NCBI GenBank assembly: GCA_046590985.1
Contig: JBKJVH010000009.1
Coordinates: 1-47,241 of the forward strand
Source: Mycobacteriales bacterium
GTDB taxonomy: Bacteria > Actinomycetota > Actinomycetes > Mycobacteriales > SCTD01
DNA: 47,241 bases
Direction: 5' to 3'
Made by a program: the position numbers and the translations under genes. The notes beneath the pieces are model-generated. The model did no database searches. It saw nothing but the letters and a program-made list of their open reading frames with translations, and was not told where the DNA came from. Shown piece after piece: positions 39,549 to 47,241 of the stretch. Numbering within the stretch: position 1 is the first letter of the stretch; the number at the start of each line of letters is the position of its first letter.

Positions 39549-40789
39549 GCGCCCGCGCCGTCATCACCGGGTTGGGAGTGGTCGCGCCGAACGGCACAGG
39601 CGTCGACGCCTACTGGGCCGCCACCCGCAAGGGGGTCAACGGCATCAAGCGCATCTCACGGTTCGACCCCGACAAGTACGCGACAAAGGTGGCGGGTGAG
39701 GTCGAGGGCTTCGTGGCCACCGACTACATCGACCGGCGCCTCACGGTGCAGACCGACCTGTGGACCTGGATGGCCCTGGCCGGCGCCAAGCTGGCCTTCG
39801 AGGACGCCGCGTTCGACCCGGCCACGTTCGACCCCTACAACCTCTCCGTCGTCACCGCGAGCTCCTCGGGCGGCAACGAGTTCGGCCAACGGGAGATCCA
39901 GAGCCTGTGGGCGAAGGGCTCGAAGTACGTAGGCGCCTACCAGTCCATCGCCTGGTTCTACGCGGCGACGACCGGACAGCTCTCCATCAAGCACGGCATC
40001 AAGGGCCCCTGCGGGGTCGTCTGCTCCGAGCAGGCCGGCGGCATCGACGCCATCGCCCAGAGTCGCCGCATCCTTGCTCGCGGCGAAGCACATGCTGTCG
40101 TGACGGGCGGCACGGAGGCACCCATCGGCCCGTACGCGCTGGCTTGCCAGCAGGCCAGTGGCTTGTTGAGCCAGGTGGACGACCCCGACCTGGCGTACCG
40201 GCCCTTCTCCGAGGGCGCCCAGGGGTACGTGCCGGGTGAGGGCGGGGCGATCCTGCTCCTCGAGGACCTCGAGCGGGCCCAGGCTCGCGGGGCGCAGATC
40301 TACGCAGAGGTCATCGGGGACGCCGCGACGTCGGACGCCTTCCACCCCACACTTCCCAACCCGGACGGCAGGCAGTACGCGAGGGCCATCACATTGGCGC
40401 TCGCCGACGCCGGCATCGATCCCGACCAGGTCGACGCCATCTTCGCTGACGGCATGGGCATGCCCGACGCCGACGCCGCCGAGGTCACGGCGCTCCACGA
40501 GGTGTTCGGGGGACGGCCCTCGGCGCCGGTGACAGCGCCCAAATCGATGGTGGGCCGGCTCTACGCGGGCGGCGCCTCTCTCGATGTGGCGACGGCGGCA
40601 CTGGCCGTGCGCGACAACTTCCTGCCGCCCACCATCAACGTTGGCAAGCAGTCAGCGCAAGCAGACATCGACCTGGTGACGCAGGGCAGGGACCTCACCC
40701 TGAAGACGGTGCTCGTGTGCGCCCGGGGCACCGGCGGGTTCAACAGCGCACTGGTCTTGCGCAAGCTGGACAAGGCCGCCAGCAGTTGA
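39545..40789 (+). CDS. Type II PKS chain length factor (KS beta)
   Basis: ATGA-coupled to KS alpha; SEQAGG (Cys to Gln), [19 protein letters not shown]. Confidence 0.97.
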   Translation: MSARAVITGLGVVAPNGTGVDAYWAATRKGVNGIKRISRFDPDKYATKVAGEVEGFVATDYIDRRLTVQTDLWTWMALAGAKLAFEDAAFDPATFDPYNLSVVTASSSGGNEFGQREIQSLWAKGSKYVGAYQSIAWFYAATTGQLSIKHGIKGPCGVVCSEQAGGIDAIAQSRRILARGEAHAVVTGGTEAPIGPYALACQQASGLLSQVDDPDLAYRPFSEGAQGYVPGEGGAILLLEDLERAQARGAQIYAEVIGDAATSDAFHPTLPNPDGRQYARAITLALADAGIDPDQVDAIFADGMGMPDADAAEVTALHEVFGGRPSAPVTAPKSMVGRLYAGGASLDVATAALAVRDNFLPPTINVGKQSAQADIDLVTQGRDLTLKTVLVCARGTGGFNSALVLRKLDKAASS

Positions 40790-42414
40790 CGGTCGCCGCG
40801 CCCGAGCTCTTAGCCGGCCTCGCCCCGGATGCCGTCACCGACATCCTTGCGGGAGCCAGTTCCCGCTCGTTCGCGGCCGGCGAGGCGCTGTGCCACGAGG
40901 GTGAGGTCGCAGCCAGCGTCTTCGTACTGCAACGGGGGGCTGCCGAGGTGCTCGTGGGGGGTGGCGACCATCGGCTCCGACGACTGCGCCGAGGCGACGT
41001 CGTCGGTGAGATCTCACTGCTCACCGGCGCGCCGCGATCGGCCACAGTCCGCGCCAGCGTTGCCACAGAAGCCCTCGAGATCGGACGGGACACGCTGACA
41101 AGGGCGCTGGTCGCGCATCCGCAGCTCCTGGTCAACCTCAGTCAGATCCTCAGCCAGCGGCTCGCGCGGGCGCACGTCGAGCAGGTACCGGCCGGACGAG
41201 GCGAGGCAGTCGGGCTGATCCTGGGGCGCTCCGCCCAGGGGGCGCTCGGTGAGATCCTGAAGGCGGTCGTCGCAGCAACCCCGCAAGCTGTGGCAACCAT
41301 CGGCCTGGTGCCGGGTATGCCGTCCGCGACGACCGCAACCAGCGCGGATGCGGCAGCGGCCGCGCTCGACGACCTGCTGGCCGAACACGGCTTCGTCGTC
41401 GTGGTGGCGACACCTGACACTCCGGACCTCTCCACGCTCGTGGCCCAGCTCGACCGTACGTTGGCCGTCGGTACTGCCGACGAGGCGACCGCGATAGCGG
41501 ACCGGCTGGGACCTGCCGCCGGCGCCGAGATCGTCGACCTGGAACGACGAGGCGTGGCTTGGCTGGGCCGCCATCTCACTCGGACGAAGCTGGGGCTGGC
41601 GCTGGGCGCCGGCGGGGCAAAGGGCTACGCGCACGTCGGCGCCCTGGCCGTCCTCGAGGAGGCCGGCTACACCGTTGATGCGGTGTCCGGCAGCAGCATC
41701 GGGGCGGTGGTGGGCGCGTGCATCGCCATGGGGCAGCGCAGCGCCGAGATCGACCTCACGTTACGCAAGCGCTTCTCTCCCGAGGTGGTGGCAGCGGTGT
41801 TCACGCTCTCCTTCTCGGGTACGTCCTCGGGCTACGCCACGATGGAGGCGCTCACACGCGACCTGTGCGGGACTCTCGACGTCGGCGACCTGGGGATCCC
41901 CTTCGTCGCCCTCGCAGCCGATCTGAACACTCGACTACCCGCCGAGATGTCGTCCGGCCCGCTCGCCGAGGCCCTGCTCGCCTCGACGGCACTGGCGGGC
42001 CTGTTTCCCCCGTTCCTCCGCGACGGCCAGCGCCTGGTGGATGGGCTGGCCCTGGTGCCCGTTCCCGTGGGGGCAGTGTCGGACGCCGGCGCTGATGTGA
42101 CGGTGGCGGTGAACCTGATGAGCCGGGATGTGCTGGAGGCCTGGCCTGGCGAGGACCCACCGGCACCACCCGGCGGAAGGCAGCGGATGCTCGAGACGCT
42201 GCTTGAGGTCATGGACCTCACCCAGCTCGACGCGAGCGTCCGCAACGCCGCACAGGCCGATGTTGTGGTCACGCCCCGCTTCGGGCCCTGCACGTGGCGC
42301 GACTTCCACCTGGCTGACCGGTTCACCGCCGCCGGTCGCGACGCCGCGACCGGCTCCCTCGAAGCTCTACGAACGCTGGCCAACCCGATGCACCAAGGAG
42401 AAGGACATGGCTGA
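40786..42414 (+). CDS. cNMP-binding domain plus patatin-like phospholipase
   Basis: VGEISLLTGAPRSATV; GAGGAKG, GSSIG, VDGL. The TTG start overlaps the CLF stop (TTGA). Confidence 0.9.
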   Translation: MTVAAPELLAGLAPDAVTDILAGASSRSFAAGEALCHEGEVAASVFVLQRGAAEVLVGGGDHRLRRLRRGDVVGEISLLTGAPRSATVRASVATEALEIGRDTLTRALVAHPQLLVNLSQILSQRLARAHVEQVPAGRGEAVGLILGRSAQGALGEILKAVVAATPQAVATIGLVPGMPSATTATSADAAAAALDDLLAEHGFVVVVATPDTPDLSTLVAQLDRTLAVGTADEATAIADRLGPAAGAEIVDLERRGVAWLGRHLTRTKLGLALGAGGAKGYAHVGALAVLEEAGYTVDAVSGSSIGAVVGACIAMGQRSAEIDLTLRKRFSPEVVAAVFTLSFSGTSSGYATMEALTRDLCGTLDVGDLGIPFVALAADLNTRLPAEMSSGPLAEALLASTALAGLFPPFLRDGQRLVDGLALVPVPVGAVSDAGADVTVAVNLMSRDVLEAWPGEDPPAPPGGRQRMLETLLEVMDLTQLDASVRNAAQADVVVTPRFGPCTWRDFHLADRFTAAGRDAATGSLEALRTLANPMHQGEGHG

Positions 42415-42661
42415 TCAGTTCACGTACGACGACCTGAAGGAGATCCTCACCGGCAGGGTCGGCATGGAAACGGGCGAGGTGCCGGACGATCCGAACACGA
42501 CTTTCGTGGCTGCCGACGTCGACTCCCTGGCCATCATGGAGATCCAGGCGGAGCTCGAGCAGCGGTACGGCTTCGAAGTCACGGAGGAGGATGCCGCCGA
42601 CGTCAAGACCTTTGCCGACGTCATTGCCTTCGTGCAGCGGAAGCTGGACGGGGGCGCATAG
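42407..42661 (+). CDS. Type II PKS acyl carrier protein
   Basis: DVDSLAIME..AELEQRYG; 84 aa; AAGGAGAAGGA RBS. Confidence 0.95.
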   Translation: MADQFTYDDLKEILTGRVGMETGEVPDDPNTTFVAADVDSLAIMEIQAELEQRYGFEVTEEDAADVKTFADVIAFVQRKLDGGA

Positions 42662-43117
<456 letters not shown>

Positions 43118-43132
43118 GGGAACCAGGCTCCG

Positions 43133-44032
43133 TCACTTCAGGAGCAGCTGAACGAACCGCCGCCACGTCTCGACGTCCCCGCCGCGGCTCGACAGCAGTT
43201 CGGTGAGGTCGTCGAAGTCGCGATGAACGCTGTCGGTAAGGCCAACTGCCGTGGCCTCCCATGCCGAGAACCTCGCTCCGTCGGGCATCCCCGGTAGTAG
43301 GCAGTCGCGGTACAGGTCGAACAACGCGACGACGACCGCATGCCAGGGCGGGCCCGCCAGGGGTGAAACGGTGGCGCGCACCTGCGCATATCCGGCCGCA
43401 TCCTCATCGATGAGCCGGTACTCGAGCAGGTTGAGCCGTGCGAACAGGTTCGTCGGGGCACTGGCCACGGCGCCCGCGATGACCTTCTCCGCGTCCTCCC
43501 GGCGACCGAGGTCCCGAAGCAGCAAGGCCAGCCGCTTGACCGCCCAGGTGTAGCTGGGGTTTCGCTCCAGGACGTCCCGGTAGGCGGCCACCGACTCGTC
43601 GGGCTTTCCGCACTTCTCCAGAAACCATGCATAGTGCGAGCGCGCCCACAGGTCGCCGGCGTCGTCGCCCTCCAGCGCCCGCTCGTACCACGGCGCGGCG
43701 GCGTCGAGCCGTCCGAGACGCTCCAGGATGTAGGCGTAGTAGCTGGCACCGAGGGTCCGGTCCGGGTCCAGCTCGAACGCTCTGCCAAGGTGCTCGGCCG
43801 CGGTTTCGTAGTCGTAGATCTTCCCGTGGCACTGGCCCATGCCGTAGCGGGCAGCCGACGTCTCCTGCCGTTCGAGCAGCCAGCCGTACAACTCGATGGC
43901 GACGTGGTAGAGGTCGTCTTCACGCAGGTGGTCGGCGGCCGCCGCCACGTCGTCCTCCGGGTGCGTCCGGTACGAGGACAGAACCCCCTTGACGTCCTTG
44001 GCCTTGGCCAGTTCCAGCAAAGACGTGCTCAC
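43133..44032 (-). CDS. Tetratricopeptide repeat protein
   Basis: ARYGMGQCH...RAFELDP, YERALE, LERNPSYTWA repeats; GTG after AGGGG. Confidence 0.85.
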   Translation of the reverse strand: MSTSLLELAKAKDVKGVLSSYRTHPEDDVAAAADHLREDDLYHVAIELYGWLLERQETSAARYGMGQCHGKIYDYETAAEHLGRAFELDPDRTLGASYYAYILERLGRLDAAAPWYERALEGDDAGDLWARSHYAWFLEKCGKPDESVAAYRDVLERNPSYTWAVKRLALLLRDLGRREDAEKVIAGAVASAPTNLFARLNLLEYRLIDEDAAGYAQVRATVSPLAGPPWHAVVVALFDLYRDCLLPGMPDGARFSAWEATAVGLTDSVHRDFDDLTELLSSRGGDVETWRRFVQLLLK

Positions 44033-44148
44033 AGCAGTCCCCCTGAGTCCTGTCCGAACTGCTGCCGGCTGGCACGTCGGATCTTCTTGGGTGAGATTGC
44101 CGACACGCTTGCACATGCCGAGCTTCGTGACCAACCCCCGCGAAAGCG

Positions 44149-45885
44149 TCAGCCTGGGCGTACGCCGTTGAGCGAGACGGGGTGGCCACAGCCGGCGAGC
44201 CCGGACAGGTCCCCGGACAGTGCGAGCTCGCCGGCCTTGCGGCCCTCCGCGATGACCCGGGCGCCGTAGCGGTAGTCGAGCAGCCCGACCCCCAGCAGCT
44301 CAGGGGTGATGACCATGTCCGCGCGCAGCCGGTTGCGGTCGTTCTTGCGCCGGCTGCCGAGCACGCTGGAGCGCGCCAGGGTCTCTACGAGCGACGGCGG
44401 CGGCGCCCCACCGGACGGCGGCGGCGCGTCCTTGCGCATCACGTCGATCGCCAGGATCGGCCCCTCCGCCCGCTCGGCCATCACGTCCACGGGGAGGTTG
44501 TTGAGCACCCCACCGTCCACGAGCAGCCGGTTGCCGTCGCCGACGGGGGCGACCAGTCCGGGCAGCGACATGCTCGCGCCGACCGCGACGACGACCCGGC
44601 CGCGGCGGTGGATGATCTCGCGGCCGGTGACCAGGTCGGCGCTGACGGTGAACAGACTGCGGCGGGTGTTCTCGACCTGCGCGTCTCCGAACAGCCGGGT
44701 CAGCATCCGTTCGGCCTTGCGGGCCTTGATGAGCCCGCGGCGCGGCAACGTGTAGTCGTTGAACGGGTTCTGCTCGACCATCTGCGCGCGGCAGAGCTCC
44801 TCCATCTCCTCGGGTGGGTAGCCGAGCGCGAACAGTCCGCTGACCAGGCTGCCCATGCTGGTGCCGCCGACCCGGTCGATGACGAAGCCGGCCTCGAGCA
44901 GGGTTGCGAGCACCCCGATGTGCGCGAGCCCGCGGGCCCCGCCACCGGACAGGATGACACCCAGGGAGTGCCCGGTGAGCCGGCGGGCGAGCCGGGCGAG
45001 GTCCTCCCGCTGCCGGCCGCCCGGGCTCACCAGGTGGTGCGCGGCCGCGTCCAGCCGGTCGATCCACCCGACGAGCCGACGGTCCTCGTGGTTCACGTCG
45101 GTCAGCAACAGCAGGTCGCAGCCGGCCAGCTCAGGCTCAACCCCGGCCGGTGCAGGGGTCCGCGGGTCCACGACAGCCAGCACGGCATCGGCCTGGCGTA
45201 CGCAGAAGCGCGCCCACCCGTCGGCGTCACCCCAGGTCGGCGCCACCAGGAACACCGTGTCGTGCGCGCCCTCCAAGGCGCCGATGGTCCGGCCCAGCTC
45301 GGCCTCGCTGAACGCCCCGTCCGGGGCCTCCAGGTGGGTGGCCCGCCCCCAGGCGCCGAGCTCGACGCAGAGCGCCTGCGCCAAAGAGCCGACGGGCAGC
45401 GGGGACGTCACGCCGACCAGGGCGACGACGGCGACCTCACGGGTCGGTGGGCGGGCCTCGGGCACCCGCCGCTGCAGCTCGTGCGCGAGCGCCCGGGTGA
45501 TCGCCGCCGCGAACGCCGGCTCGTCCCGCAGCAGCTGGTCGAAGGCGGGCTTGCGCAGCTGCAGCACCTCGGTCTCGCGCAGCGCCCGGACCGACGCGGT
45601 GCGCACCCCACCGAGCAGCAGGGCCAACTCGCCGAGCACGCCGCCGGGCCCGATCAGCGCGGCGCGCTGGCTGCCGGTCGCCAGGTCGACGACGACCTCG
45701 AGCCGACCGGTACGCACCACCATGAGGGAGTCCCCCGGGTCGCCGCGACGGAACAGCCACGAGCCGGCTGGCACCCGTACCAGGTCGAAGGCGGGGATGA
45801 GCTGCTCGCGCAGGGCGGCGCTGAGCGAGGCGAAGAGCTCGACGCCGGCGAGGAACTCCGCGCTGATCTCGTCGGCTGCGGTCAC
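44149..45885 (-). CDS. cNMP-binding domain plus patatin-like phospholipase (NTE/RssA-like)
   Basis: LFRRGDPGD, LGELALLLGGVRTASV; SGGGARG, GTSMG, DGGVLNNLP. Confidence 0.93.
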   Translation of the reverse strand: MTAADEISAEFLAGVELFASLSAALREQLIPAFDLVRVPAGSWLFRRGDPGDSLMVVRTGRLEVVVDLATGSQRAALIGPGGVLGELALLLGGVRTASVRALRETEVLQLRKPAFDQLLRDEPAFAAAITRALAHELQRRVPEARPPTREVAVVALVGVTSPLPVGSLAQALCVELGAWGRATHLEAPDGAFSEAELGRTIGALEGAHDTVFLVAPTWGDADGWARFCVRQADAVLAVVDPRTPAPAGVEPELAGCDLLLLTDVNHEDRRLVGWIDRLDAAAHHLVSPGGRQREDLARLARRLTGHSLGVILSGGGARGLAHIGVLATLLEAGFVIDRVGGTSMGSLVSGLFALGYPPEEMEELCRAQMVEQNPFNDYTLPRRGLIKARKAERMLTRLFGDAQVENTRRSLFTVSADLVTGREIIHRRGRVVVAVGASMSLPGLVAPVGDGNRLLVDGGVLNNLPVDVMAERAEGPILAIDVMRKDAPPPSGGAPPPSLVETLARSSVLGSRRKNDRNRLRADMVITPELLGVGLLDYRYGARVIAEGRKAGELALSGDLSGLAGCGHPVSLNGVRPG

Positions 45886-45886
45886 G

Positions 45887-46369
45887 TCACATCCCCTCCA
45901 TCCGGCCGGAGCGCACGTCATAGCGGAAGCCGTGCACCTCCAGACCCTCGGGCAGCAGCGGCGAGGTCGCGACCGTAGCCACGTCCAGCCACAGCGCGTG
46001 GTCGGCGTCCTCAGCCGTCATGAAGTCCTCGTCGGTCGTCGCGCCGACCTGCTCGACGAGCGCCTGCAGGTCCTCATTCCCGTGCTTGGCCATCCCGCAG
46101 TCCGTGTGGTGCACCACCGCGACCACGCGCACCGCCATGGCGAGGGTCGACACCACCAGCGACCTGATCACGTCGTCGTTCACCCGGCCGCCGGCATTGC
46201 GCATCACGTGCATGTCCCCCGCGGCCAGCCCGAACATCGCGAGCGGGTCGATGCGCGCATCCATGCAGGTGACCACCGCCAGGTGCCGGCGCGGCGGGCT
46301 CGCCAGGGCAACGCCGGCAAACCCTGAGACATGCGCGACGTTCCCGGCCAGCAGCTCCTCCCGGGTCAT
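45887..46369 (-). CDS. Beta-class carbonic anhydrase
   Basis: Zn ligands TCMDAR and HHTDCGM; RNAGG. Confidence 0.93.
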   Translation of the reverse strand: MTREELLAGNVAHVSGFAGVALASPPRRHLAVVTCMDARIDPLAMFGLAAGDMHVMRNAGGRVNDDVIRSLVVSTLAMAVRVVAVVHHTDCGMAKHGNEDLQALVEQVGATTDEDFMTAEDADHALWLDVATVATSPLLPEGLEVHGFRYDVRSGRMEGM

Positions 46370-46442
46370 GCTCAAGCGCTTCCCCTCCCGTCCCTGCGGG
46401 GACACTCGCACATCTCGCTCCGGTGTGCACAAGTCCCTGATC

Positions 46443-46470
46443 TTGACCCGCTGAAACACGGGGATACGCT
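46443..46470 (+). promoter_or_regulatory. Putative promoter TTGACC-N16-TACGCT for the MBL gene
   Basis: Hexamer match about 30 nt upstream of the TTG start. Confidence 0.45.
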
Positions 46471-46499
46471 GCGCCGTCACGATGACGAGAGGGGGCGCG

Positions 46500-47241
46500 T
46501 TGCGGGTTCACCTGTGTGGGGTACGGGGGTCCACTCCCGTGTCCGGCGAGGCCTTCCTGCGCTACGGGGGACACACGTCCTGCGTGGCGCTCGCCCACGA
46601 CGGCGAGGACTCGTCGCTGGTGCTCGATGCCGGTACGGGGCTGCAGCTGCTGGCCGCGCAGCTCGGCGACCGGCCGTTCCGAGGCACGGTGCTGCTGAGC
46701 CACCTGCACTGGGACCACACGCAGGGACTGCCCTTCTTCCCACCAGCTGACCGTCCCGAGGCGCGAGTCGCGGTGCGCCTTCCCGCGCAGCCCGACGATG
46801 CCACGGTGCTGTCGGTCTTCATGGGTCCGCCGTTCTTCCCCATCACCCCCGCGCAGCTCCGCGGCGCCTGGTCCACCGAAGGGCTCGCGGCGGGCGAGCA
46901 CGAGCTCGAGGGCTTTCGGGTGCTGGCGCTGGAGATCCCGCACCGCGGCGGCCGGACCTTCGGGTTCCGCGTCTCCTCCGGTGGCCGGACGGTGGCCTAC
47001 CTCAGCGACCACTGCCCCACCGACCTCGGCCCCGGGGAGGACGGCCAGGGCGCCTTCCACCCCGCCGCCCGCGCGCTCTGCCAGGACGCAGACCTGCTGC
47101 TGCACGACGCCCAGTACACCGCCGAGCAGCTCGTCACGCATGGCGACTTCGGTCACAGCACGGTGGACTACGCCGTCGGACTCGCGCAGGCGTGCGACGT
47201 GCAGCAGCTGCTGCTGTTCCACCACGAGCCGACCCGGACCG
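46500..47241 (+). CDS. MBL-fold metallo-hydrolase (putative phosphodiesterase), truncated by the window edge; absent from the ORF track
   Basis: Manual translation from TTG after AGAGGGG: MRVHLCGVRGSTP...RYGGHTSCV...LDAGTG...SHLHWDHTQGLPFF...HDAQY...FGHS...LFHHEP. Confidence 0.9.
   Translation, partial: MRVHLCGVRGSTPVSGEAFLRYGGHTSCVALAHDGEDSSLVLDAGTGLQLLAAQLGDRPFRGTVLLSHLHWDHTQGLPFFPPADRPEARVAVRLPAQPDDATVLSVFMGPPFFPITPAQLRGAWSTEGLAAGEHELEGFRVLALEIPHRGGRTFGFRVSSGGRTVAYLSDHCPTDLGPGEDGQGAFHPAARALCQDADLLLHDAQYTAEQLVTHGDFGHSTVDYAVGLAQACDVQQLLLFHHEPTRT

Overview
High-GC actinobacterial DNA. The left ~5.7 kb is ordinary chromosome: a partial peptidase-like gene, a heptad-repeat protein, an anti-sigma-type HATPase, tRNA-Asn(GTT), a membrane-anchored subtilisin, DUF4288, a GNAT and miaB. 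From ~5.75 kb to the right edge lies one large biosynthetic locus with four interleaved layers. (1) A WhiE/Tcm-style aromatic type II PKS: cupin cyclase, KS-alpha, CLF, ACP, SRPBCC aromatase, TcmI cyclase, ABM and FAD monooxygenases. (2) A second, dissociated FAS/polyene-type cassette: FabG, a long insert-bearing ACP, AcpS, two half-active FabZ-like subunits, an active KS plus a Cys-less KS, a KS-CLF-like fusion, a non-canonical KAS III and a CocE hydrolase, with two CrtI-family oxidoreductases and a methyltransferase next to it. (3) Precursor supply: pyruvate kinase, carbonic anhydrase, AccDA/AccB/AccC and FabD. (4) A dense signalling layer: four cNMP-binding domains (on an MMPL exporter, an ABC exporter and two patatins, one inserted between CLF and ACP), two FHA domains, a stand-alone GAF, two TPR proteins and an MBL-fold putative phosphodiesterase. 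No DNA-binding regulator is visible. The best candidate for an undescribed system is this apparently cyclic-nucleotide-gated hybrid polyketide/lipid pathway. All calls come from motif recognition by eye; no database searches were run, and novelty is untested.
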